This document shows positions 1 through 8,289 of a stretch of DNA of 64,000 nt, one piece after another (position 1 is the first letter of the stretch; each line of letters begins with the position of its first letter). The translations under genes were made by a program, and so were the position numbers. Source of the stretch: Escherichia phage vB_EcoM_EC001; sequence record MN445185.1, one strand, 5' to 3'. The notes below the pieces were generated by a model. The model ran no database searches. It saw only the letters and a program-made list of their open reading frames with translations, and was not told the DNA's origin.

Positions 1-92
1 TAGCATCGATTACACCGAACGAGGGTGACTTCTTTGTTGCGCCGATAGGCGACCATCGCCACGGTCTGTTTAACATCACTGCCGTTACCCGA

Positions 93-977
93 ATGTCGAA
101 CAACAAAATTGCAACGTACCAGATACGTTACACGATGTTGTACGAGATTACACCGCAGATTGCAGAGACGATTCGTCTGTGCACTGTGAGAACGCTCCAT
201 TACGTCCGTGAGCGCGCGTGGACCGGTGGTGATACCTTACTGACCCCCAACGAGTATCGTACGTTCCTGGAGCTGGGAGACCGCATTAAGGACATTGAGA
301 CGACGTTTGTTCGCCGTTTCTACGATACCAGTTTAGAAACCCTCGCCTATCCACGTGACTGGAAACTCGACGGGTTAAAGGCGGGGGGTTATTACGACGT
401 TTTCTTGGCGATGTTTGTGAAGGCTATTGGTCTTCGAACCGTTGGTAAAGATATCCGTATTTACCCGCACCCGCCGAAACCCGTGCAAGATATCGAAACG
501 CTGTTCACGGTGTTGTTAAATCAACAGCCAGAACTGCTACCTTACGTCGAGAAAGAATGCAGCGCAGTTAACCCGCGCACGTTCAGAACGATGCAGACCC
601 GCAACACTATTGCATGGTCACAGTTCAGTTCGACGCGTTACTTTACATCACAGATTCGTCAGTTGGCAACGTACGATGGGGAGTGGCCAGAGTTCGAAGC
701 ATTCGAACCGGTTATGTTCCCTGAGTATCATGGCAACGCAGGCGAGGATATGGTGGCTTTTCTGCCGTTGACGTATAAACCCTACCTGTTAAGCGAAACG
801 TTCTATAGCGGCTCGTACAGCTCGGTTCTGGAGCATTGTTTGTACCTGTATCTGAACAAACAACCAGTACCTAGTGAAGTGGCTGCGCGTTTAGCAGAAT
901 TGGTGCTGGCTTTACCGAAGGACAGTCAGTTCTATTACGTCCCGATGGTCTACGTGATTTTGAAATACGCGAGGTAG
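93..977 (+). CDS. hypothetical phage protein; reading frame is open back to the window start, so the gene may be 5'-truncated by the window
   Basis: 294-aa ORF; no stop in this frame between nt 3 and the ATG at 93; packed against following ORFs. Confidence 0.6.
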   Translation: MSNNKIATYQIRYTMLYEITPQIAETIRLCTVRTLHYVRERAWTGGDTLLTPNEYRTFLELGDRIKDIETTFVRRFYDTSLETLAYPRDWKLDGLKAGGYYDVFLAMFVKAIGLRTVGKDIRIYPHPPKPVQDIETLFTVLLNQQPELLPYVEKECSAVNPRTFRTMQTRNTIAWSQFSSTRYFTSQIRQLATYDGEWPEFEAFEPVMFPEYHGNAGEDMVAFLPLTYKPYLLSETFYSGSYSSVLEHCLYLYLNKQPVPSEVAARLAELVLALPKDSQFYYVPMVYVILKYAR

Positions 978-979
978 TA

Positions 980-1519
980 ATGTCGGAGAAGAAGCGCAGT
1001 GCAGCATTTATGCTGTTTAAAGCGTGGGTGTTCTTCCGGGTACCGGAATACGCAACCATCACAACCTACGCCAGTCAGGAACACGGATTGTTCTTGCCAG
1101 AAGACCCGAAGAAACGACAAGCGTTGTTACTGAACATGAAGCCTATCTATCTGCACCCCTCAGAAGCTGCCGAGTATTTAGCGACCGGTGGTGCGTTAGA
1201 TGTACACGACCCGCATGACGGGATTAAAGTGTACGGGTGGATTATGGAACACCTTGCGGACTGGCTGAACTATCTGGAGAACCCGACGCTGATTTACCGG
1301 GAAGTCCCTATCGAAGGGTTGCGTCAGTTCAATGTGCTGGCTTCGAAACTGTTTCCTGTGGCTAACCGCTACGGGTATTTCAAGAAACCCACTGCAACGA
1401 TGGCGGACTGTGTTCAGTCGTTATTTGGGCAGGTCCGCCTGGAGTCTAAACTCCACCGTTTTAATGATACGATTATGAAACGTATTGAGTACGCTTATAG
1501 AGCCCGAGGAGGTCGCTAA
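980..1519 (+). CDS. hypothetical phage protein
   Basis: 179-aa ORF starting 3 nt after upstream stop; operon-like packing. Confidence 0.6.
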   Translation: MSEKKRSAAFMLFKAWVFFRVPEYATITTYASQEHGLFLPEDPKKRQALLLNMKPIYLHPSEAAEYLATGGALDVHDPHDGIKVYGWIMEHLADWLNYLENPTLIYREVPIEGLRQFNVLASKLFPVANRYGYFKKPTATMADCVQSLFGQVRLESKLHRFNDTIMKRIEYAYRARGGR

Positions 1520-2832
1520 TGTCGTTTGGTCGGTTACAACAGATGGCGAACGGTCACATCGCTAATGCTCGGGGGTTACCGGCTATCGACTACGGGATAT
1601 TCCTCACGGTACACGGTGCCCCAGTGACGGTGTTGAAGATGCTGTCTATCATTCACACCGGTCACTTTACGCGTGATATCTGTTTATTGACACATCTCAC
1701 CTTGGCTATACCCTACAGCCACATGCGAATGATCACGTCGTCCGCAGAAGGGGATTTGAAGGTAAAGCTGTTATTGCGTCGTGGACAGAAAATCGCGGGG
1801 GTCTTTAACTACCGCGGCATCGTGATAAATAACCGCGACCACAACGCGGAAACACCGACGATGTTCTTGAGTCAGTCTGATGAGAAATCTATCGCTTTGG
1901 TAACATTGGAGCTGATGGATGAGTCGATGTGGTTCCTGCGTAATCGTCAAGTGGGCGGCATCTACCACGAAACAGATGGGTTAACAGTGGCACGCTCGAT
2001 ACTGGCGGATACGTTGCCGGAAGGGGTGGCTGCAGAGGGGCAGTTGAAAGGGATTGAATACGATGAAGAAGAACAGCAGGCATATCGGGACATCGTTATA
2101 CCAGACTCCGAAGACTTCTTAAGCGTGTTTGATTATCTGCAGAACCATTACGGTGTTTACAGCAAAGGTATTGGGGTCTTCCAATACCTACAACGTTGGT
2201 ATCTGTATCGACCTTGGGACTCGTTGAAGTTTAATAACACAACGAAGCCTAAACTGGTCATTTATAACTTGCCTCGTGAACAGGCTGCTCACATTGACCG
2301 CACCACCGATATCGCGGGTAATGTTATCTATCTGATTTGTGGCGGCGACACCAGTAGTTTGGAATACCGTGACCAGACCGCGCTTAACCAGGGTACGGGT
2401 TACCGGGTAGGGTCTGTACGTGTGTTGGATGGGCGTAGTAGTTCATTTACGCCTGGCGACATCAGTATGACCACACCTGATAAATTTGTGGCACAGGCCG
2501 ACCCTGCTGCGTATCCAGGTGGTGTGGTTAACGCACCAATCGATCCTGATAAGCACTTTAGCGATACCGATAAGCCGCAGCGGTCTAAACTGGAGATGGG
2601 TCTGGGTACGATTGTGCAAACAACCTGGAACCGTTCAACGCACGGCATCCTATATCCTGGTATGCCAGTAAAATACGTTTTTGCCAACGAGTATGGGGTC
2701 TATACCCGCTACGGCACGTTGGTGGGGGAGGTGTTCCAGTCTGCTATCGACGGTCAAACGATGGCGTCCGGGCGCTATAACACCCAATCTCAACTGAGCC
2801 TTTGGCTCAAAGATGAAAAATTTACAGCTTAG
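1519..2832 (+). CDS. hypothetical phage protein (possibly virion-associated)
   Basis: 437-aa ORF; start overlaps upstream stop (TAATG). Confidence 0.65.
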   Translation: MSFGRLQQMANGHIANARGLPAIDYGIFLTVHGAPVTVLKMLSIIHTGHFTRDICLLTHLTLAIPYSHMRMITSSAEGDLKVKLLLRRGQKIAGVFNYRGIVINNRDHNAETPTMFLSQSDEKSIALVTLELMDESMWFLRNRQVGGIYHETDGLTVARSILADTLPEGVAAEGQLKGIEYDEEEQQAYRDIVIPDSEDFLSVFDYLQNHYGVYSKGIGVFQYLQRWYLYRPWDSLKFNNTTKPKLVIYNLPREQAAHIDRTTDIAGNVIYLICGGDTSSLEYRDQTALNQGTGYRVGSVRVLDGRSSSFTPGDISMTTPDKFVAQADPAAYPGGVVNAPIDPDKHFSDTDKPQRSKLEMGLGTIVQTTWNRSTHGILYPGMPVKYVFANEYGVYTRYGTLVGEVFQSAIDGQTMASGRYNTQSQLSLWLKDEKFTA

Positions 2833-2875
2833 TCATCTAGTATGACCCGTAAGTAACCTTAAGGAAAATATTGCA

Positions 2876-3673
2876 ATGAAAGCGATTCACACCTTTCGCA
2901 TGACCGGCCAAACTGTTCTCGACATTGATGCGTATGAAGCCGCTAACTTCACCAAACCGACCAAGCTCTGGGATCGCTTGGTTAAGGTACTGCCGCAAAG
3001 CGGTGAGGTGCAGTTGGATTTTGTCATGGCATCGACGTTGGATAAAACAGTGGCAGTTATTTATACTGCTGACGGTGTGCAGAGTAAGAAGGACCTGGCA
3101 ATCGAAGATAAAGGCGGGCTGGGTTATCACTTGTTCCTGCACTGCGTAACCACTGCACCGATTTCAGCTGCGCTGGCGGGACAGTACGGTTTCGCGAATG
3201 CGTATTTCCTGGCACAGAAACTCGCCGTGAATGTTATTCCGGGTGACGTGACCACTTACCCTGAATACGTACAGCGTATCCTGCCAGAGCACTTCGCTGC
3301 AGACGACTACGATTTCAACGTGTTCCGTTTCGCATTGATCGGCGAATCGCGCGATCCAGAATACACCGTTGGCTTGCGTGCCTGTCTGCGTCACTCCGTT
3401 ATCTCTTCGGATGAAGGGATGTCGAATAACGTGAACGAAGTGTTCCCGATGATGCAAGTCGGTCCGTATATCACTTTCAACTCGTACATTCCGTTCCCGG
3501 CACAGATTCTGCCGCCGCAGAACGATAACAGTGTACTGCCAATCGCCGACAAGTATTCACTGCGTGCGAGCGAAGCAGTTGAAGTGATTAACGATCGTCG
3601 CTTTACATTGTCAGTGACCAGCGGCATCAGTGAACCGGAAGTTGCGGTCTCTCAGAGCCTGGATTTGATGTAA
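2876..3673 (+). CDS. hypothetical phage protein
   Basis: 265-aa ORF; AAGGAAAA ribosome-binding site upstream; followed directly by terminator. Confidence 0.65.
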   Translation: MKAIHTFRMTGQTVLDIDAYEAANFTKPTKLWDRLVKVLPQSGEVQLDFVMASTLDKTVAVIYTADGVQSKKDLAIEDKGGLGYHLFLHCVTTAPISAALAGQYGFANAYFLAQKLAVNVIPGDVTTYPEYVQRILPEHFAADDYDFNVFRFALIGESRDPEYTVGLRACLRHSVISSDEGMSNNVNEVFPMMQVGPYITFNSYIPFPAQILPPQNDNSVLPIADKYSLRASEAVEVINDRRFTLSVTSGISEPEVAVSQSLDLM

Positions 3674-3680
3674 AAGTGTG

Positions 3681-3715
3681 CCTGGTCTCCTTGTGAGACC
3701 AGGTCTCTTTATTTT
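3681..3715 (+). terminator. rho-independent terminator
   Basis: stem CCTGGTCTC/GAGACCAGG followed by TCTCTTTATTTT. Confidence 0.8.
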
Positions 3716-3717
3716 AG

Positions 3718-3820
3718 CCCTCTAAACGCACTCACAACCTTCTAAAGCCTCTCTAACGGTAGAACGACCCTCTAAAGTGATAAAAGCTCTCAAAACGCGT
3801 TTGAGAGCGTTATAGAGGGT
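3718..3820. repeat. iteron-like cluster: four direct copies of CYYTCTAAM plus a 9-bp inverted repeat GCTCTCAAA/TTTGAGAGC with 5-nt spacer
   Basis: copies at 3718, 3738, 3748, 3768; inverted repeat at 3786-3808; sits between terminator and promoter-like element. Confidence 0.55.
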
Positions 3821-3838
3821 ATACTCTGAATAAAAATA

Positions 3839-3867
3839 ATTTCAGATATATATTACCTAGGTGATAG
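3839..3867 (+). promoter_or_regulatory. conserved promoter-like element, variant A (ATTTCAGATATATATTACYTAGGTGA)
   Basis: one of three near-identical ~80-bp copies (also 32871, 52661) ending in a conserved ribosome-binding site and ATG. Confidence 0.55.
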
Positions 3868-3915
3868 AAGACAATCTATCAACTCAATCGACTATTAATC
3901 TAAAGGAGTATTGCC

Positions 3916-4059
3916 ATGTTAACTCGTAACCATAAACGTGCCATCTTCGCCATCGTTGCTGTTGTTGCTTTCGCGGTATTGTCTATCACTGTAACTCAAG
4001 ATTACAACAAATGCATCGATAACGGTAACTCTGTTGCCATGTGTACAGGTCGCGGCTAA
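3916..4059 (+). CDS. small hydrophobic protein (47 aa, one predicted transmembrane helix)
   Basis: AAAGGAG ribosome-binding site 7 nt upstream of ATG; hydrophobic stretch AIFAIVAVVAFAVLSI; below ORF-track size cutoff. Confidence 0.45.
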   Translation: MLTRNHKRAIFAIVAVVAFAVLSITVTQDYNKCIDNGNSVAMCTGRG

Positions 4060-4241
4060 TGGACTTTTCTGATACGCAGTTTGCCGAGTTCTTATCTCAC
4101 CCGCGTGTTAAACGTGAGTGGGATAATCTCACTAACGGTGTTCGTCATCAGGACGAAGAAGAAATTGTTCACGTTACCGCGCAAGTCTTACTCGTCTCAC
4201 CGACAGGTAATGTGTTTCCAATGCAGCAGGAGATTTACTAA
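4059..4241 (+). CDS. hypothetical small protein
   Basis: ATG overlaps upstream stop (TAATG); ORF track 4041 start is an upstream GTG. Confidence 0.4.
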   Translation: MDFSDTQFAEFLSHPRVKREWDNLTNGVRHQDEEEIVHVTAQVLLVSPTGNVFPMQQEIY

Positions 4242-4429
4242 TGGGCGTTTTAGTTAATTACGATGGTAAAAACGGAATCGTGCTTCGCGAAGTGGAAGAT
4301 AACGAAACAGTAGAGGTGAATCCGCAAACCTCAGAACGTACGTTTATCGTGGGGCCGAAAAGCGCATTACCGAAGCCGGACTGGAAAGAAGAGCTGGCGA
4401 AGTTCCGTGGGGAACTCGGGAAGAAGTAG
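4241..4429 (+). CDS. hypothetical small protein
   Basis: 62-aa ORF, ATG overlaps upstream stop; followed by terminator. Confidence 0.45.
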   Translation: MGVLVNYDGKNGIVLREVEDNETVEVNPQTSERTFIVGPKSALPKPDWKEELAKFRGELGKK

Positions 4430-4442
4430 TATAGATAATTTA

Positions 4443-4470
4443 ATACCACCTACGGGTGGTATTATTTTTT
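4443..4470 (+). terminator. rho-independent terminator
   Basis: stem ATACCACC/GGTGGTAT, loop TACG, then TATTTTTT. Confidence 0.7.
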
Positions 4471-4487
4471 GCCTAAGGAACATGAAA

Positions 4488-4904
4488 ATGATTAATGAGA
4501 AGCTCCAAAAGTATTTAAAGAACGACACTGACTGGATGGTTCTTGACCAGTACGGACGATTTGTTCCGCTATCCAAGGATTCCCCTATACCCCGTGACAA
4601 GGCGATTTATATTCCTGACGGTAAGGGTGGCTATCGTTTCTGGGAAGGCCAGGAAGTAAAAGAGGAAATGTTCTACATGGAGCCGAAGTTCCGTGCAGCG
4701 TTCCCATCGAAAAATATTAACGGATATGTTTACAACGCAATTCCGCCAATCACGCATCCTAACTTTGAGGTTGTGAACTACCCCGCAACTGTTCTGGATT
4801 GGCAACGTGCCATTAGTGAACACTACACGATTCCGCTTGAAGGTGTTTACTTCCCATTCCGTGATATTAGTTTAGATGACTTTATTAACTCTCTTAAGGA
4901 CTAA
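4488..4904 (+). CDS. hypothetical protein
   Basis: AAGGA 8 nt upstream of ATG at 4488; ORF-track start 4407 would overlap the terminator. Confidence 0.6.
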   Translation: MINEKLQKYLKNDTDWMVLDQYGRFVPLSKDSPIPRDKAIYIPDGKGGYRFWEGQEVKEEMFYMEPKFRAAFPSKNINGYVYNAIPPITHPNFEVVNYPATVLDWQRAISEHYTIPLEGVYFPFRDISLDDFINSLKD

Positions 4905-4908
4905 AAAA

Positions 4909-5769
4909 ATGTACAGCATTACTGATTTTATCAAAAGTTCAGATTTCCCCCTACCTCCAGACCACGAAGTATTGGCTAGCGATCCGTTAACCGATGCGGC
5001 CATTGTCCAGCTGGACCGTGACAAACGTCGTACTTACGTCGTGTTGGTCGAAGGAAAGAGCTACGGCCTGTCTTCTTACGACCTGGAGCAGCAAGAGCGC
5101 TTCCTCGATGAAAACCGCAAAACGTCAATGTATAGCGCTATCTCGCGCGCGTTGTGCAAGGTAATGGCGACGATCACGGACAGCAAAAAGCGCGTCGCCG
5201 TGCTACAGGGTATCAATGCGCTAACGACCAAAATCCAACAACTTGAAGGTTTCCATTGCCCACGATTGGAAGCCGCACAGAAGGATGCTAAGGGTGATGA
5301 GGCCATGGTGCTGTTTGGAGGCAATACTGTCTTTGCAACAGCTGAAGCTTGTTATCTCACCTATCCAACCTTTAACTATACGCCAATCAGCGACACCGTA
5401 GACGGGATTAAAGTAGAGAACGTCGTGCAATGGGGTCGCGCAAATCTCAAGTTTGTGATGTCCCATGAAGAAGAAAATCAAGACGGCCTTGGCCAGAAGA
5501 TTCAACGTTGGTTCACGGCACGTTTGGACGCCGACTGGGAAGCGCATGTTAACGCACAGCTTCGTAAATTTCACGCGGTGGTCGCATTGTTAAAAGAAAA
5601 TACTCCTGCCCCGAAACAATCGAAGGCACCGGTGGTTGGCTGGACGTGTTCCGGCTGTAACCGCAACCATGTCGCCACAGTACCGAGAACCCATCGCTAC
5701 ACTTCGCAGACGATGAACATTGCTTGTCCGGCTTGCGGCAAGATCAACGAAGTTGATTATAAACCGTAG
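4909..5769 (+). CDS. hypothetical protein with C-terminal zinc-ribbon (CSGC...CPAC)
   Basis: AAGGA 8 nt upstream of ATG; four Cys in CxxC...CxxC arrangement at C-terminus. Confidence 0.6.
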   Translation: MYSITDFIKSSDFPLPPDHEVLASDPLTDAAIVQLDRDKRRTYVVLVEGKSYGLSSYDLEQQERFLDENRKTSMYSAISRALCKVMATITDSKKRVAVLQGINALTTKIQQLEGFHCPRLEAAQKDAKGDEAMVLFGGNTVFATAEACYLTYPTFNYTPISDTVDGIKVENVVQWGRANLKFVMSHEEENQDGLGQKIQRWFTARLDADWEAHVNAQLRKFHAVVALLKENTPAPKQSKAPVVGWTCSGCNRNHVATVPRTHRYTSQTMNIACPACGKINEVDYKP

Positions 5770-5774
5770 TAGTA

Positions 5775-5815
5775 CCCCCTCTTACCTTCGGGTAAGAGGG
5801 TTTTATATTTATTTT
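5775..5815 (+). terminator. rho-independent terminator (UUCG loop)
   Basis: stem CCCCTCTTACC/GGTAAGAGGG then TTTTATATTTATTTT; same stem reused at 32790. Confidence 0.8.
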
Positions 5816-5820
5816 CCGAA

Positions 5821-5857
5821 AAGAAAATAAAAGGCGCTCTCTCCCGAAGGAGAGAGC
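5821..5857 (-). terminator. rho-independent terminator on minus strand
   Basis: minus-strand reading GCTCTCTCC-TTCG-GGAGAGAGC followed by GCCTTTTATTTTCTTTT; convergent with the plus-strand terminator. Confidence 0.6.
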
Positions 5858-6175
5858 TTATTCACATCCACTTAGAGGTTAACATGAATACCTTTATGCA
5901 ACAACTGCGTCAGCAACAGCTGAAACAAGTCGCTTTTCAACAACGTCTGCAAGAGGTTACCCGCCAACCGCAGACTTCCACCCGTACCATTAAAGGACTA
6001 GGAGGTGAGATAATACTCAACAAGAGATAACATGAATATTTGCATGGACTAACTGTACCCGAGTGTTCACAGCACTCGGGTTATTCCATGCATATAAATA
6101 GTTCGTCGTATTTTTTTTTGATCTTGGCAGGACGCATAAACTGCCCGTAGGGGAGCTTAGGCTCCCCAGTGTTCG

Positions 6176-7738
6176 TTAGAACAAATCATCACCCATTCCA
6201 CCGGTGAAGAAGTTGATAGACGACGCTGTTACGGTTTCTTCTTTATCACAATCCCAAGGCAGGATGCCAACATCCTGGAAAGGTATCACTGTGTAGTGAT
6301 AAGATTCTTTAGTATCGATAATGGTGCGGTGCTTACCGCGTTGAACTTCTAAGAAGCTATGGCCGTTGACCACACGCTTGTTAAAATACATTTCACCATC
6401 GGCCTCGTTATCAAGGCTCGAACAACTATCGTAAAGACCACGACCAGGTAAGTTCTTACAGAAACCTACCGGGTCTAACGCTTTTAAGCGCTTACCTTCT
6501 GGGGAAATCTGGTGTGGGGCAATTAAGAACCCACGGTTGCGTACCACTTGGATGTTACGAGCAATACGATAAATTTCTTTGATATCACTCCCGGCAATAC
6601 CGTTGCCGTGTCCTGCTTTGCTGATTGTGCCTAAGTAGTCTGCGCGAATGCCAACAACATGATAACCGCGACGACGTAAGTCGAGAATAAGGTCGTTGAT
6701 GTAGTGCACTTTAAAATCGGAGTTGGTGTGCTTTTGGAAAACGTAGTCCCAACCGTTTGCGCGAATCTTACCACAGAGGTAATCAGACATTGCTGTTGTG
6801 TGTGCTAACTTCTCTTCAGCGGTTGCATCCTGTGCAATGGTCATCTGTGGAACTTGTCCTTCAAAATGACCGTACAGTGCTTGATAGCCGTAAGCTAAGT
6901 TAACGTCGAGTTCGTTTTCTAAACTCAAGTCAAGAATAATTGGTTGCAGTGTGCCCTTCACATCCGCCATTACTTTCTCAGGCGTGTTGAAGATAGGAAT
7001 CGACAAGCTCAGTAAGAGACTGAACAAAGACTTACAGTTAAAAGGTAACGCCGGCATTAGCCACAGTTCTTCGGTAATCCCTTTGTTACAACCGAGCATT
7101 TGGTTAATGGCTTTCCAGCCCGTCTGCAAACCATTACCTGCTGCTTTCTTGTTAATCGAGTCGAACACTTTAACAAACGGAGCCCGATTATCTGTAACCA
7201 GCTCACCGACCAGCGATGGAATCTTATTATGAGAGCGTTCACCGAACGTAGATAGCGCCTCTTTGAGTTCGAGCACTGCGGTGTTCAGATCAACACGTGT
7301 CTCAGTTCCATTCAATGCTCCGAACGCGCGACCCATTTTTGTTTTGAGTTCGACGCTCTGTAAACATTGACGTAATTGGAAATAATATTGAGACAGTTGT
7401 CGATTAAGATGCTCGGTACGTTTGTCTTCTTCCTCGGGCAAATCGTCTTCGAGGAATTTGGTAATCGTATCGTATAGAGGACGTACTTGAGTGGTGGCCA
7501 GCTTCAAGCGCTTCATAACGCTCGCGTGGTCGTATTCCATGCCGCCGTCTATGATAGATGTGATAATGTCCTTGATCTCGATGAGTGCAAAGCGCTCTTC
7601 GCCATCTTCCGCATATTCCGGAAGCTTGATCTGCATCAGAACTTTTCTTATGACATCATGATCCTTGCTAGGGTCCGTCAGCATAGATTCTGTATACAGT
7701 GCGGCTAAGGCGGTTATCAACATCATTTTACTATTCAT
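6176..7738 (-). CDS. hypothetical protein (520 aa), function unknown
   Basis: long minus-strand ORF; no recognisable catalytic motif. Confidence 0.65.
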   Translation of the reverse strand: MNSKMMLITALAALYTESMLTDPSKDHDVIRKVLMQIKLPEYAEDGEERFALIEIKDIITSIIDGGMEYDHASVMKRLKLATTQVRPLYDTITKFLEDDLPEEEDKRTEHLNRQLSQYYFQLRQCLQSVELKTKMGRAFGALNGTETRVDLNTAVLELKEALSTFGERSHNKIPSLVGELVTDNRAPFVKVFDSINKKAAGNGLQTGWKAINQMLGCNKGITEELWLMPALPFNCKSLFSLLLSLSIPIFNTPEKVMADVKGTLQPIILDLSLENELDVNLAYGYQALYGHFEGQVPQMTIAQDATAEEKLAHTTAMSDYLCGKIRANGWDYVFQKHTNSDFKVHYINDLILDLRRRGYHVVGIRADYLGTISKAGHGNGIAGSDIKEIYRIARNIQVVRNRGFLIAPHQISPEGKRLKALDPVGFCKNLPGRGLYDSCSSLDNEADGEMYFNKRVVNGHSFLEVQRGKHRTIIDTKESYHYTVIPFQDVGILPWDCDKEETVTASSINFFTGGMGDDLF

Positions 7739-7752
7739 GGAGCATCCTTAAA

Positions 7753-8277
7753 ATGCAAATTCGTTTTAGTCCACCGTGGGAAGTTCAATCTAACATAGAT
7801 AAAGGGGCTGGCGTTAAAAAGTTGGAGGAACTCCAAGCAAGCTTCTTTAACTGGTTATATGACTGCTCGTCGGGCTTTAGTTCCATCATACTGCCAGTGA
7901 GTGACCCTATTTCGATTTATAAATCGATTATGGCACCACCTGCACTTCCGACTCTTTATTATGACCAGGTCTTAAACCTGGTTGAGAAAGGTACGAATGA
8001 AACCCTTGCTGATTTATATGGGGAATCATTCGACGGTCGTTTACGTTGGGTGTTCTCACAACGTGGCGATGTTGTTGTGGCGTCTTTTGCAGAAGCTAAA
8101 TCCGGACCGGGTTTTTCTTTAAGTGAAGACCACGCTGCGAAAAAGATGTTCTGCGCAGAACTTTTTAAATATATGCGTCCCAAGACTCGTGTCGTGGATG
8201 ATACGTTCAGTACGTCGACGCAGTTTGCTGCGCACGAAGTGCTGACGCAGTTGTACGCATGTCATTTATCTAAATAA
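7753..8277 (+). CDS. hypothetical protein immediately upstream of the abundant structural gene
   Basis: ATG at 7753 in frame with ORF-track 7699 ORF; only 14 bp from the divergent minus-strand start. Confidence 0.45.
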   Translation: MQIRFSPPWEVQSNIDKGAGVKKLEELQASFFNWLYDCSSGFSSIILPVSDPISIYKSIMAPPALPTLYYDQVLNLVEKGTNETLADLYGESFDGRLRWVFSQRGDVVVASFAEAKSGPGFSLSEDHAAKKMFCAELFKYMRPKTRVVDDTFSTSTQFAAHEVLTQLYACHLSK

Positions 8278-8289
8278 GGTAAACTTGAA

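Noticed and set aside
6090-6100. TATAAATA as proof of a T4-type late promoter
   Set aside because: Single occurrence in AT-rich intergenic DNA; kept only as a note inside a finding, not annotated as a promoter.
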